The notes: a model not told the origin generated them from the letters alone. A stretch of DNA of 64,000 nt from Eledone cirrhosa (GCA_964016885.1 OZ024742.1:260896001-260960000), one strand, 5' to 3'. Positions 13,317 to 27,332 are shown, numbered from the stretch's first letter. Program-made: numbers and translations.

Positions 13317-14103
13317 GTCAAGTCGACAATAGATGGGTGGTCCCTTACTGCCCGCTTCTCTTGAAGATGTTCAACGCCCACATCAACGTTAAGTTTTGCA
13401 ACTCCGTCAAGTCGATAAAATACATATGTAAATAAGGGCTCTGATGCCGCAATGTTCGCATTTGAAGCTGAAAATAGCAGGGACGAGGTCACAGAATACC
13501 TGGCGGGGCGGTACATCAATAGCAATGAAGCTTTTTGGCGCCTATTTGGTTTACCCCTACACCAACAGCACCCCGCCATCGTACAGCTTGCGGTACATTT
13601 GGAAAATGGGCAAAGGGTTTACTTTATGGACCAAACCGCCACCAAGTTGGCCGCCGATCCGAAAGAGACCACTCTGATGGGTTTCTTCAAACTTTACCAG
13701 TTCGATACATTTGTGCAAATAATTGTGTACCCCCAGGTTCCATCCTACTTTATATGGTCGAAAAACACATGGGTGCGAAGAAGTCAGGTCAGGCTGTTGA
13801 AAGACATCCTGGTGTAAAATTTGACAGCTGTCTTGGAAGGGTTTCACTGTGCCCCAAGTCAACATGAGTGCTTTCATCTCTGCCTTCTTCTGCATGAAGT
13901 TGTATGCCCACAAAGTTTTCAGGACCTCAAAACTGTTGATGGAGAAATATGTGATACGTACCAGGAAGCCTGCTTTAAACGAGGTCTTTTGGAAGATGAT
14001 TCGCAATGGGATTCCACTTTAGCAGAAGGTGCTTTGTTGAAATCACCTAAGAGTCTACGGGAACTCTTTGCCATTTTGCTTCAAAAGTGTGAATTGGGTG
14101 ATC

Positions 14104-14260
14104 CCCCCCCCCCCCAATAAAAAACGGATCCACCCTAAATAACGTATCACCCCCTCATAAAAACCGGACCCTTCTCCCCCCCAAATAAAAAACGGATCCC
14201 ATTCCAATAAAAACCGGACCCCACCAATAAAAAAAACACCCCCACCCCCATAAAAAACGC
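14104..14260. repeat. Degenerate ~22-bp minisatellite (cccaataaaaaacggatcc-like) inside the Helitron
   Basis: About 6-7 imperfect units interrupting the Rep-helicase coding region. Confidence 0.6.
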
Positions 14261-16084
14261 TCCTGGGGCTACCGGAAAAACTTTTCTAACGAAATTGATT
14301 CTCACTAAGATTTGTCAGGAGAAAAAAGTTGCGTTGTCCGTTGGTTCGTCCAGGATCGCTGCAACTTTGCTGCTGGGAGGCAGGACATCACATTCAACCT
14401 TTAAACTCCCTTTGGATTTAGTAAAAATTGAGACACCAACATGCAATATCAGCAAGAGTTCATACAAAGCTCTGGTTCTCAAAAGATGTTGCCTCATTGT
14501 TTGGGATGAATGCACAATGACACACAAGGGTGCCCTTGAAGCATTGGACGGGACCCTGAAAGACATTAGGGATTCTATGGGTGGCGTAACTCTTCTGCTA
14601 TCGGGATTTTCGGCAAACGCTGCCTGTCATCCCCAAAGGGACAAGAGCTGATGAAGTGCGTGCCTGCCTTAAGTCCATGTTGTGGCTCCAGGTGAAGAGT
14701 TTATACCTGAGCACAAATATGCGTGCTCATTTGCATGGTGACAACATGTCTGCAGCATTTGCTCAGAACATTTTAGCACTTGGTGAGGGCAAGGTCCCTG
14801 CGGATGACAAGGGCGGCATAGCAATCGATTCTGTGCAACATTGTGAGCAGCCCTTCTGACCTTTGGGAAGCTGTTTTTCATGATGTTTCATCTAACTTTA
14901 AAAACCTCGATTGGCTCAGCGAAAGAGCCATCCTTGCTCCGAAAAATACCATGGTTAATTTTATTAACGAGCAGCTGATTGAGAAGATTCCCGGTAAAGA
15001 GCACATCTTCAAATCTATCGACCGGACGTCAGACCCCGACGATATCGTTAATTATCCGGTTGAGTTATTAAATTCGCTTGAGCCCCCAGGGCTCCCACCT
15101 CACATTCTTAAGCATAGGGTTGGCTGTCCCATTATGCTAATAAGGAACTTGCATCCTACAAAGCAGTGCAACGTACTCGCATGGTCGTCAAGTCACTGGC
15201 ACCCCACTTGATTGAGGTCACCATTGTAACGGGGTGCGGAAGAGGGGAGAATGTTTTCATTCCAAGGATGAACCTTTTCCCCTCCTCGTCAGATATCCTG
15301 TTCGATTTCCGACGATTCCAATTCCTGGTGAGACCATGTTTTGCCATATCCATTAACAAGTTATAAGGGCAAACATTGTCGGTGGCGCGCATCCATTTGG
15401 GGGAGCCATGCTTCTCCCATGGCCAACTTTACGTTGCCTGTTCCCGTGTAGGGAGCAGGAATGGACTTTTTGCTTACATTCCTCAAGGGATGACACGCAA
15501 TATCGTCTACAAAGAGGTGCTATAGATGTTGGAGCTATGCCGTCTGGAACACTATTTCCTGGTAAGGTATCCCATGGCGGACAGATCTGACACCCAGCGG
15601 CATCAGGGCCACCATCTTGTAACTTTGGTGTACTAAATTCGCTATTGGAAGATTATTAATCCATCATTGATTTGACCAAAATGCTAATTGGTTCGTAACT
15701 TTTAATAACCGGTTCAACTGCTTTATGCACTTAATTGATAAGCTTATTCGCTTTCAAGCCACGTTTACCTGTATGTAACTTTTCATAGCAAATGAACAAA
15801 CCCGAGCAACGCCGGGCTAAACTGCTAGTATATAATACATATATACGTTAAAAGAGGACTAGAACTGTTTCATTCGAAGGAAAGCCGACTAGTATTGTAA
15901 TGCGGTGGTATTTACATGTTTACTGGCGGGTAGGGAAGGTGGTGATTTTAAGGATGCGTAGAGGTCATTGGCTGGATGGATTTTTAGGGAACGGATTCTT
16001 TGAAAAAACTATTTTTAAAAATATACACTTAATATACAATATCAAAGATAAAAAGCAGGTTCATATACATACTTAAATACTTAT

Positions 16085-16800
16085 AGAAATGCATACAGGC
16101 AATGGACAGGCAGAGCGTTTTAACGGAGTTATATGGAAAGCGATCACTCTATCATTGAAATACAAGGGACTTCTCACTAAACAGTGGGAAGCAGTACTGT
16201 CAGATGCGCTACACTATACGCTCACTGTTATGCACAGTAACGAATGCAACTCCTCACGAGCGATTCTTTTGCTATCAACGCCGTTCGGTTTGTGGACAGT
16301 CAGTTCCAACATGGTTGACAGAATCTGAGAAAGTATTTTTGAAGAAGTAGATTTGATAAACCCTCTATACGCCCATGTCAGATTTGTTAACGGACGAGAA
16401 ACAATTATTTCAATTAAAGACTTAGCCCCTTGTGGCAAGCTTCCTTTTAGGAACAATGATTTTAAAAAAGTGTTGATACAAGTATGGGCCCTTCAAAAGA
16501 AGATAGTATGCCGGTTGTGTCCACACAGCCTGCTACACCTGACAGTAATCGAAATGATGTGTCCGTTGAGACACCCGTGATCCGGCGCTCTGAACGTATC
16601 AAGAGCGCCAGTCAGGTATGGCTTCAATGAATGACCTTTCTCTAAGCGACGGTGAATGTCATGAACTGAACTCTATTATTCACAGTAATCTTAATTTGGA
16701 TATTCTTTGGCTGTGATTATTGATGTTATCTTTAATATTGTTGTGTTAGAGATATGGCAACAAATGATTGGAAAAACCTCTGATTAAATATAAAGCCCGG
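16085..16800 (+). mobile_element. Gypsy-like LTR retrotransposon remnant (integrase C-terminus, possible PPT and start of 3' LTR)
   Basis: GNGQAERFNGVIWK..W..L..AL, TNATPHERFF, IRRSER; purine-rich tract followed by TGT near 16656. Confidence 0.7.
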
Positions 16801-17119
16801 TTTTCGCTACAGGACGCAAGCTTAATTGAGTAATCTTGAGGGTCTTGGGTTCGATCGTAATACTATCATCTACTATAGCTTCGGATCGAACGAAACCTTG
16901 TAAATGAAACTATGTGAAAGCCAATCGAATAGATTGTACCGCTAATTCGTAGATACAACTGTCATATTGCGTCACGCTGGTTCGGTTTGGGATATGTGTG
17001 TAGAGTACTCAACCACAATTAGATATTTATCAACGGAGGGTCATCGATAAATGTAAACATGATGGCCACAACTGCAACGTTAATGAATATCTAGGATTAT
17101 AGTGACGAGACTAAATAAC

Positions 17120-17434
17120 TGTACAACTCTCTAGTAATAAGAGGTGAATTTTTTTTACATACAATCAATGATACTTCCGTTATGCCATTCATACGTCCTA
17201 TTAGATATAACATTGCTGGAATATGATTATTTTTTTACATATATTCCCATTGTTTTAGAAATAGCTAATTAACTCCTGCAGTTAACTTCTGGGACTGTCT
17301 ATTAACCAGAATGAGAAGAAAATAGAAATATCCTGTAATATTAATGTTCCGATCAATTTCAAGTGTCACCACTTTACATCTCTCATTATAAATGAAATCA
17401 TTATTAAATCTTATAACTACGTTGTTATGTAAGT
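17120..17434 (+). promoter_or_regulatory. Putative promoter and non-coding exon 1 of ZNF paralog 2 (donor 17429; acceptor ends 20043)
   Basis: Diverged copy of the 396-696 block: ctctctag..agaggt, ACTTCCGT 17173-17180, ataactacgttgttatGTAAGT. Confidence 0.55.
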
Positions 17435-17509
17435 AGCATTCAAATATTTTACACATTTCTTTATAGAAAACCTCTCTTTTATATTTACATTTCTACTTCA
17501 TTTACACCT

Positions 17510-17715
17510 GTGCATTGGCAGAATCGGTAGAGCGTCGGACACTATGTTTCGCGGCATAGTTATGTCCCTTTCGGTTCTGAGATCAAATCCTGCTACGGTT
17601 AGCTTTGTCTGTCATCCTTAAGGGGTCGATAAAATGAAGCACTGCGGTCGATTTAATCGACTTTTCTCCTCCCTAAAAATTGCTGGCCTTGTGCCTAAAT
17701 CAGAAACCATTATTT
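17510..17715 (+). mobile_element. SINE family A copy
   Basis: ttggcagaatcggtagagcgtcggac head, central gggtcgataaaat motif, ggccttgtgcctaaatcagaaac tail. Confidence 0.8.
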
Positions 17716-20157
17716 AATCTTATAATTCCATTATGCAAGTAGCTATCATATATTTTACACATCTTTATTTTACATTTCTAATGTAGTTTTCAAGAAATAT
17801 GTTATTTTATTTATTGAATTTTTTCAACTCCTTTCTCTATTATATTTTATTCATGTTATTTATTCTTGCTCTGTTTTTACTCCGCCTTTCTCCCCAACGA
17901 CGAAGTCTTTTTTGTAGTGTAAAAATGAAATGAAATGTACACCTCGCACACATGCAAGTTTAGCTGGCCTGCTAGAGATTTCATTACGTAAGTTTCTTGG
18001 GTGTTTTAACGGCACGGGCCTCAGTCTTGGCCACACCGTGTTTCCTGTTTTATAAACGTAGCTAAGATATTTGTATATGTGAGGAGAGACAGACAGCCAA
18101 AGTTTGGGCTAAATGATGTAATCTACTCTATTTATTATGGTGTAGATATGAAGAATAGATTTGGACACTCTAAACATGTGGACTTGTCTTGTCCATTGAA
18201 CACCCTCTCTCTGTGATGATATATTTGTAGTCTGGTTGAAGGATGTCTAAAATTATTCCAGAATCTGTCAGTTGGATTAATATTCTACGCTGGGTGTTCA
18301 AGTCAACAACTTCTCTTAGAAACGAGAATTGTGTATTCACGATGTATTTAGCATTTATTAATGCTCACATACATTTTTTTATTATAATTAATAGGAGTTA
18401 ATGTGTATATTGCATTTTCTGTATAGTAATGTTGAGTTTACTTTTTGTAGTGTAAATAAAGAGATTATAATCGTGTGCAGTTGTCTTTGCTTCCTTATCT
18501 AGTAGACTGCATTTTAGCCTTTTGATTTCTTTACATTTAGCTTGTATGTATTCACTTCATATGCATTTTGTTTTACTGGGATCACATATTCATGCCTCCA
18601 GTTATGTCATGTCTGCTACACCTAGCATACAGTATGTAATTGTATGGGGTGCAGTGTGACAGTCTCGCTATATTGTACTCTCCCCACCCTCAAGTCTATT
18701 TCTCTGTAGTAGCTTCTTCAGAGCTAGCTTATATAAACTCTGTTAGAACACACAGTTGCTGTCCTATAATAATATCATTGGTGGTGGTATGACTGCGAAA
18801 TATAGACGCTCATACAGAAGCTTGAAAATCAGCTTAGACGGAATGTACTCCCACATGTTATAGATGCTTCTTGGAAGAGCCTCTCCATCAATACAGAACT
18901 TTATAATGGTTTGTCCAAGTTAACCGAAAAAATAACTTAGCGAAAATTGCAATTAGCGGGTCACTGAGCGAGACATCACGAAGAAATAGCTTCAAATTTG
19001 GTGCCATAGCTGCCAATAAGTGGGCGGATTAATCTTCAGAGACAAACCACCAACTTTATTGGCTTACTTCAAAAAGACAGTATTGAAGACTATATCAGAA
19101 ATACAAACTGATTGTTTGATCGGAATATTGGCCGAGAGATTGTGTGTTGTGATAACCTCTAGTTAATTTAACATGCGATGGACAAATTATCTCCCTTTAT
19201 TCATTAGTACATTCTCAAATGGAAAGAATTAGGAAGGAATCCAAACTGCGAAAGAATAGTGTACATTATTTATATATATTAAAGGAAATATGGGAAATCA
19301 CAAATTAGCAGTTCAACAAAAAAAAACAAAAAAACTACTGCTTCAAACTTAATCTTGCTTAGGACAAAATGATTATTGAGATTTAAAAATCATGTTCATG
19401 TTAATATGACGTTTGGGTGAAAAATTACTTGACAATTCAAAATGGGGGAGGAATTAAAGAAACTTGGGATTGCAATGTGGGAGGATGTGATCTGAGAAAA
19501 ATTGGAAGTTTTAAAAGCTTGCTCATATTAATACGGTGCTCAGGTGAAAAATTACTAAATTACTTCTAAATGGAGGAAACCATTTAGATTACAAGGGAAG
19601 GAATTAAGGAAATCTGGAGTTGTAAGGGGAGGGTGTGTGACCTGGGTTTCTGAAAACCACTTCATTAGTTGAATCAAGTGTTAGTCACCTGACCTATTAT
19701 GGTTTCTTACAACAATTTGTTAATTAACTAATCAAATAGTTCCAAGTAACTCAGCACAATTCCATATCCATCAGCATCGTCTTCTGAATTCAAACACTAC
19801 TTATGTACGTTTGAACATTTTCTCGTCAGTACTCTAGATTCTGAAATTTGTGGGTGTTCTAATAATGTTCTGTAGTCCAAGCATGACCAGTGGTCATCTC
19901 ATAATATTTACATTCCAACATCCACATTCATAGTTTGCATCAACTATTTCCACCAGATCTCTGTACCAAAGTGTTTTTTCTCTGTAAATATTCTCTGGCT
20001 GTTTCTTCTCTCTAGTAACCTTTTGATGTTCTTTTATTTTCAGTTATCAATTACAAGTGTATATCCTAAGAAATCCAATTGAATTTCCTTCTTTACAGCG
20101 AAGATAGCATCAAACTTTAACAAAGGTCAACATACATATAGATTAAAAAAGAAAGTT

Positions 20158-20778
20158 ATGGATGAGAAAACACAGCCTGAAAGTATTGTTTCAATTCCAT
20201 TCACTCATGTAAATACAGAAGAGAAACCATACCCTTGTGCTCTATTCATTAACAATAGTTTAATTCAACAGACTTATACAGAAGAGACGCCATACCTTTG
20301 TGATACATCCACTAACATTAGTTTAATAACTCAACATGAAAATACAGGAGAAAAACAATACCAATGTTATATGTGTGATGAAACCTTTTATACAATGGAT
20401 CATTTCTCTTCTCACAAATGTATTCAAACAGGAGAAAGACCATACCAATGTGAAATCTGTGGTAAGACATTTTCACGGAGTGGTCATTTCTATGCCCACA
20501 TACGAATTCATGCACAAGGAAAACCATACAAATGTAATACATGTGGTGCAAGATTTTCTACAGGTGGTAATTTGTCTGCTCACAAACGTATTCACACGGA
20601 AGAAAGAGTGTACAGCTGTGACGTCTGTGGTAAAACTTTCACTCAAAGCGGTCATTTCTCTCGACACAAACGTATACACACAGGAGAAAAGCCATACAAG
20701 TGTAATATCTGTAGTGACTCATTTTCTAGAAGTGATAGTTTAACTAAACATAAACGTACTCACTACAAAAATGAATAA
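20158..20778 (+). CDS. C2H2 zinc-finger protein (4 intact fingers, 1 degenerate, eroded N-terminal fingers), ZNF paralog 2
   Basis: 206-aa ORF with the same MDEK..NTEEKP start; the first finger positions are reduced to remnants (PYPCALF, PYLCDT). Confidence 0.9.
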   Translation: MDEKTQPESIVSIPFTHVNTEEKPYPCALFINNSLIQQTYTEETPYLCDTSTNISLITQHENTGEKQYQCYMCDETFYTMDHFSSHKCIQTGERPYQCEICGKTFSRSGHFYAHIRIHAQGKPYKCNTCGARFSTGGNLSAHKRIHTEERVYSCDVCGKTFTQSGHFSRHKRIHTGEKPYKCNICSDSFSRSDSLTKHKRTHYKNE

Positions 20779-21689
20779 TAGCTATGTGATATCTATAGTA
20801 AAATATTTTTATGTAACAGTATTTTTTTAAATAAATATATTTATGTATATCTGTTATAGTTTTTATTACACTACTGTTACCATCATCATCAATGTATTAA
20901 TGTCCATTATTACATACTATCTGAAATTCTATTACTAAGTAATTAGTTAGTTGAACTTTCATGGCTTCTGTTATCTACTTATGTACATCTGGAGTCAATG
21001 TCAACCTGCCACAACACCCCTACATACATTGTACATCTGGAGTTTCAGCTCACTGTTAACCTGCTATAATACCCTTAACTACCCCTATAGGACACAAGAT
21101 CGCAAAATTCAAGTATAGAGGAATATTGTTGAAGAAACGTTTTGGGATTCATTCTACCTGTGGATGGTTAGATCGGGTTGACGCCTATGTATAAATATTA
21201 TTGTGTTGAAGGAGCTTTATGTAAGATACATATTTCATAACGCAATGAAGATCTAACTGGTTGCAATATTAGAGAACCCCTTTAATGCCAAACCTGTCCA
21301 TTGTTCAACAATACAATACTTTTCAAATGTGTAAGGGGTTCGTATGTAAGCGAGATACGGACCCACAGCCTATCTGTGAGGTCAGTAGCTCATCCAAACC
21401 TTGCTAAATTAGTTAAAAACCATAGTTTCTTTTATTTGAAATATGGGAACGAAACTGTCTTAACAATGCATATTTTGAATGAAATTTTCCATTATGCAGA
21501 TTACGATCATGTTGAAGAAATAAAAAAAAAAACTATTTTTTATAGTTGTAGAATTCCGTTCGTCAATGCATTCATTTACTGAATGCTTTCGATTTGTTTA
21601 TAGTAAAGGCGAAGCATAAACTCGGAAATTTGTTCATGCCTTCTACTAATATCAATCAATGTCATAAATTTTTTATACTTCTACACATA

Positions 21690-21935
21690 TGCATTCACCA
21701 CTAAGTGCGACAATCGGCAACACCTCACACATTGGGGGTTAATTGTACATTTTAAAGCAAGCCAACACGCTCGCAGCATTACCACGGGTGATGGCGAGGC
21801 TAAGGCGCTGAAATAACCAGGCACCCTCACGGGCATCACCTGAACACCTCAGTAAGGCGGGCTGCCAGTGAAGACAAGAACTTCGCTGTCAGCGGCCCAA
21901 CTCCACTGAACATCTCGAACGCCACAGGCTGGATA
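21690..21935 (-). mobile_element. 3' fragment of CRE-clade non-LTR element
   Basis: Homologous to ~30690-30920 (ctcgcagcattacca.gggtgatgg.gagg.taaggc.ctgaaa, gacaagaac.t.gctgtcagcg). Confidence 0.7.
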
Positions 21936-22147
21936 ATAATTGTTTCTACTTTTGGCACAAGGCCAGCAATATATAAACGCTGGATAATAATAACTGATAA
22001 ATTTATTCGTCAGACTACTCCGTGTCGCCGTTTAACACCACAACCTGGCTCTTCAGCGTCTTTAGGGAAATTCACCGTGTTGTAAGCACTCAAGACATAT
22101 TTCCTTAAGGTTACAGCGCTTCACCCCACACCTTCACTAAATAAGTA

Positions 22148-22426
22148 TAACTCTCTAGTGATTAGAGGTCAGTTTGTATACGATCAATAGCATTTCCGGC
22201 ATGTTGTCTTTACTAATCTGATAAAAAATATATTTATTATTATTTATTTCCTCCGTGTTAGTAATAACTAATTAACTACCGTAGTTAACCCCGAAGGTTG
22301 TTCATTAATTAGATGAAGAAAATAGAGATATCCTGTAAGAAGTAGTTGAAAGTTCTGCTTAATATATTAATATCCTCATCAATTTCTTCAGTACATTTCT
22401 CATTATTTCATCTACGTTATGTAAGT
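22148..22426 (+). promoter_or_regulatory. Putative promoter and non-coding exon 1 of ZNF paralog 3 (donor 22421; acceptor ends 24136)
   Basis: Copy of the same block: ctctctagtgattagaggt, ATTTCCGG 22192-22199, taattaactaccgtagttaa, ttatGTAAGT. Confidence 0.6.
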
Positions 22427-24512
22427 AACATTCATATATTTTACACATTTCTTTTATAGAAAGTCTCTCTCTTTTATATTTACATTCCTATTTGATCTAC
22501 ATTGTTCCTGATCCCAACAAGATTCTGTTTTCTTTTATCTCTTCGTTTTTACATTTCTTCATTCTCTAATTCCTCTCTGCATTTAAACACTGTGGCACAG
22601 CTTCGAACTACCAGCAGTTTTGATTTTCATAATTAAAAAACAAAACAAAAACATTGAAAATCGATGTCCATAATCGTAAGTTGGAAGTATATCAAAGACA
22701 TGATCCAGTTAGTAAATAGAATTTTTATTCAAATTCTTTCAACTCCCCTCTCTATTATTTGTTATCCATGTTATGTAGTCTTGCTTCATATTTATATTCC
22801 GTGTTTTTATTTTTACGGTTTATTCCGGGAGAGAATGGCAGTGCTGATGATCCAGGGCCTCCAATAGTGGTGGGAGAAATGATCCTCAAACCGCGAGCCT
22901 GCTCCAGAATAGTCTATGCTAAAAGCACCTGAGCGCAAGGTGGTGGTGTTAAACCGGGCGGCGGATTTCTCTACCACCCCGCCCTCATAATAATGACGAA
23001 ATTGACCTAAGCAGAATTTGAACCCAGAGAGCATACACCGCAAGTCATTTTACTTTCCCTCCACCTCACCGAAAGTGATAACTTATTACGATTACTTGAA
23101 AATATATATTATTATATAATTCCGTTCGTTAATGCTTTTGTTTACTGAATATAATGCATCTCTGTGTATAGTAGACTAAACCTAAACTCAGATTTATTTT
23201 CATGCCTTCCAATTTCATGTTAATGAATGTCAGATTTTCTACTTGATTCTACATGAGAATTACTTTTTAAATACACATGCCTGTGGAATACTGAGCCACT
23301 TTTCATACTAATTCAATGAGTAGGTAGTTCTGTAGATCGAACAACTGGAAGCTCATACATTATTCTCAACAAGAGAGTTCAACACAGGCTTGTATATATA
23401 GATATATATCAGCACCCAAAACACACAGTAAATGTGGTTGGCGTTAGGAAGGACATCCAACCATAGGAACAAAGCTAGAATCAGTTATGTATGAGCAACA
23501 CTTGGTTATCTGACCTGGCTTGTTTCACAAAGGGACAACTCGTCTAACCCATGGTAGCATGGGAGAATGGATGTTAAATAGTGATGATGAGATATATATA
23601 TACAAGGTGGTATCAAAAGGTTTCTGGACTAGTTCTGTAGTGCACCAAACAGATGGCAACACACAGTTGCACGCCCAGTGAGAGCTAGCAGTGACTTTCA
23701 TGTGCCAAGTGACATTGCTGTGTTCACTTTGCAAGTTGTGAAATTTGTATTTCTGTGATCACGTGTATGCTGTAGTTTGTGATTTTGTATATATATATAT
23801 TCTCTACTAATTTGTATTGAGTACCTTATTTAACTGTCATTTCTTCCTGATCCCCTTCAGAAAACCATTCTTAATTATATATATTCTGTTGTATATTAGT
23901 GGATTATTTAAATATATTCTATAGTCCAAGATACAGTGACCGATGGTTATCTCTGAATGTCCTAATCATCCATTTTCACCACATCTCTATACTGGAGTGT
24001 CTTCTTTCTATAAATATCTTCTGGCCGTTTCTTGCTATTCTAATTTTCAATATCTCTGGTCAAATAACTTCTCTTCAATGATCTTCATGTTAACATTTCA
24101 TTGTCCCTTATGTCTTATATTGTCTTTTTATTTCAGATTATCTGATGTCGTTGAGATAAGAATATTTCACTAAAGATAACATATTTATCAACTTCTGAAG
24201 ACTAAAAACAATTTTATTAAGCTGATGTCAGCTTGTTTCTACAAATTTTGTTTCAATGGATATGAAATATTTCCTTGGAATTGAGATTATTTACAGCAAA
24301 AACTTTATTGACTACAAACGTAAGAATTAAATTAGCATTAATTATCATGATGTTTTGATTGTCTTACGTATAAAAACTTCCATATCTGGATATATCTTAC
24401 TTGGAACTATTTTAATGATCCTTCAGTTGCTGGTATTTTGTCTTAGCAGTCAAAATATCTTCAGACTTTAACAAAGACCATCGTGTATATATATAGATTC
24501 TAAAAGACAGTT

Positions 24513-25475
24513 ATGGATGAGAAAATACAGGAAAATACAGAAGAAAAACCATACCCTTGTGATATCTGTGGGAAGTTATTCACAACAAGAAAGAATTTAA
24601 TTCAACATAAACTAATTCACTCTAAACTGCACCACTGTGAAGTTTGTGGTAAGAAATTCACTAGAAATATTTTGTTAACTCGTCACAAATGTATTCACAA
24701 AGGAGAAAAACTATATCAGTGTTATATCTGTGATGAAACATTTTCTACAGAGGACTGTTTGTCTTCTCACATATGTATTAAAACAGGAGAAAGGCCACAC
24801 CAATGTGATATCTGTGGGAAATCATTTTCGACAAGAGGACTGTTAACTTCCCACAAATTTATTCATACAGGAGAAAGACTACACCACTGTGACATCTGTG
24901 GTGAAACATTCTCTAGAAATGGTCATTTGACTACCCACAAATTAATCCACACAGGGGAAAGACCTTACCACTGCCATATCTGTGGAAAAAGATTTTCTAG
25001 AAATGCTGATCTGTCTACTCATAAACATATCCACACAGGGGAAAGGCCATACCACTGTGATGTGTGTGGTACAACATTTGCTCAAAGTAGTAGTTTATCT
25101 AAACACAAACGGATTCACACAGGAGAGAAACCATACCAATGTGACATTTGTGATAAAAAATTTACTACAAGTGGTCATTTGTCTTCTCACATACGTACTC
25201 ATACAGGAGAGAAACCATACCACTGCAATATCTGTGGTAAGACATTTACTCGGCATAGTACCTTATCTCAACACATACCAATACATACAGGAGAAAGACC
25301 ATACATTTGCGATCTTTGTGGTAAAACATTTTCTACAAATCGTAATTTAACTCGACACAGACGGATCCACATTAAAGAAAAACCATTCCACTGTGATATT
25401 TGTGATGAAGCATTTTCTTCTATGATTCGTTTGTCTTCCCACATACGTATCCATACAGGAGAGAGACCATCGTAA
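24513..25475 (+). CDS. C2H2 zinc-finger protein (10 intact fingers, 1 degenerate), ZNF paralog 3
   Basis: 320-aa ORF; first finger [21 protein letters not shown] is almost identical to that of paralog 1. Confidence 0.95.
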   Translation: MDEKIQENTEEKPYPCDICGKLFTTRKNLIQHKLIHSKLHHCEVCGKKFTRNILLTRHKCIHKGEKLYQCYICDETFSTEDCLSSHICIKTGERPHQCDICGKSFSTRGLLTSHKFIHTGERLHHCDICGETFSRNGHLTTHKLIHTGERPYHCHICGKRFSRNADLSTHKHIHTGERPYHCDVCGTTFAQSSSLSKHKRIHTGEKPYQCDICDKKFTTSGHLSSHIRTHTGEKPYHCNICGKTFTRHSTLSQHIPIHTGERPYICDLCGKTFSTNRNLTRHRRIHIKEKPFHCDICDEAFSSMIRLSSHIRIHTGERPS

Positions 25476-25504
25476 CATTGTGATATCTGTGGTAAAATAT
25501 TCTG

Positions 25505-25675
25505 AGAAAATTAAGGGAGCTGTTGAACAGAAGAGGAAAACTGAAGAAAACTTGAGCAGAAGTAATGAGAACTGATGTCAGTATGCTAAAACTCATAGAG
25601 AAGATTTCAGAGCACAAGGTGAAGAAAACCCGTCCAGCCCTTGCAAGCATGGAAGAGCAGATGTAAAAATTATGA
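25505..25675 (+). mobile_element. RTE 3'-end fragment inserted in a decayed zinc finger just after the ZNF3 stop
   Basis: RGK.KKT*AEVMRTDV-like translation and acccgtccagcccttgcaagcatgga tail, like the other RTE ends; ZF-like sequence on both sides. Confidence 0.65.
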
Positions 25676-26724
25676 CTGACAAATATATTCACACAAGAGA
25701 AAGTTAATACAACTGTGATATCTGATATAAAATATTCTCTGAAAATAGCCATTTTTCTCGACACAAATATATTCACATAACAGAAAGACCAACATATCAC
25801 TGTGATATCTGTAGTAAAATTTTATCCAAAAATTTTAGTTTAGATAGACAGAAATGTATTCACAAGAGAGAGAGCATAATACTATGATATTTCTATGTCA
25901 GTTTCTAGAAATAATTTAACTCAACACTAACATATCCATATATGTGATAAACTATAGCTATTAAGTGGTATCTGTGGTAAATATTTTCTGCAAATAATGT
26001 TTTCTGGTAAATATATTTGTTTGTTTGTCAGTATTATGGTGTCACAGCATCACTGTCACCATCATCATTAATCTCTTACCTATATCCTTCCTACATGTTG
26101 ACCAAACCACGTCCCAGATAAAATGGAATATCATACTGTCATTTACAGACACTTTTATTTTGACCATGTTGACTCTTGACCATTCTTACAAATCTGGAAC
26201 TTTTTCTCCAATTATTATCACATATCATATCATCATCACTATTTAACGTCCATTTTCCACGCTAATTATGGACAAAACATAAAATATTGAAATATATTAG
26301 AAATGTTAAGGAGGAACATGTTTAGTATTTACCAATGTGACTAGTTTGAAGATATAATCAGAAGATATGAATTACAATGTTCTGAGCAGGAAAATAGATG
26401 ACAGACCAATATGTAGAAAGCCAGTATCAAGAAGTAGATAGAATTTCACTGTAATGACAAAGTGAGAATGGTATGGGATGAGACAATGGTTATTAGCATT
26501 CATCACTGATTTCATTCCCATCATCCTCTACAATTCATTGTTTGCCTTCCTTTCTCTCAGGGATACCCCACCCTTCCAAAGAACCATTCTCATTTCCATT
26601 CTGTCCAGCCTTCTCTCTGCTCTATGTTCATCACCCATGACTCACTCCCATAAATTATGGCACTGAATGTAGATGGAGTTTATAATTGTCTTTTTAACTT
26701 CATAACTACACATTACAATCTACT

Positions 26725-27290
26725 TGTGAAGCAGGAGTTCAAGCATCTCACGGTCATGTTCACTAGAGATGGAAGGCAGGAAGTTGAATTAAGAGCAAGG
26801 ATTTCAGGAGCTGGTACAGCAATGCACCAGCTTCAGCATTTGGTCAACAGAAGGGAGGTAGGTATAAAAGCCAAACTCGCTATTTTCAATTCAGTATCCG
26901 TGCCAACCCTTACCTATGGTCATGAATCTTAGGTAATGACCGAAAGAATACTATCATGAATACAAGTGGCTAAAATGAGGTTCCTCCTAAGGGTCTTTGA
27001 AGTAACATTACTTGATAGTATGTGGCTTAGAGATCAGTCACTCCTGGTGGAGCTGCTACTTCTCTGAATTGAGAGATCACAGCTCTGATACTATGGACAT
27101 GTGACCAGAATGTCTCAGGAAAGAATTGCTGGACAGATTTAACAGACAAAACCAACTGGCAGGAGATGGTTGGAAAACATTCATGAGTTCGGCTGGTCTC
27201 ACTTGGAGATCCAGCTGGATCATTTGGAGACAGTTGCTTTTGACAGGACCTGCCGGAAGGTGTGCTTGAAAACTCTGCCACCATAATTCT
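26725..27290 (+). mobile_element. Old RTE-like LINE 3' fragment
   Basis: KAKLAIFNSV.VPTLTYGHES motif; homologous to ~56580-56950 and ~57865-58720. Confidence 0.7.
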
Positions 27291-27332
27291 AAGTTGGCTA
27301 AGAACTTCATTATTACAACATGAACAGAAAGG

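Larger units (their letters stand above)
10530..15828 (+). mobile_element. Helitron (decayed Rep/Pif1 helicase), interrupted by an RTE LINE
   Basis: Rep motifs RHDLIARVF, VEWQKRGLPHAHIL, KSIKY; helicase motifs GATGKT, IVWDECTM, FSHGQLYVACSRV; 3' hairpin cccg..cggg 15801-15816 then CTAG|T at 15825-15829; 5' end is approximate, within a TA run. Confidence 0.92.

Noticed and set aside
18655-18730. - strand CTGAAGA..GAGAC-TGTC motif
   Set aside because: Core mutated and no stem I pairing; possibly a relic but not supportable.
22838-22905. CTGATGA..GAAA spacing suggestive of a hammerhead
   Set aside because: No UH cleavage triplet after stem III and weak stems.
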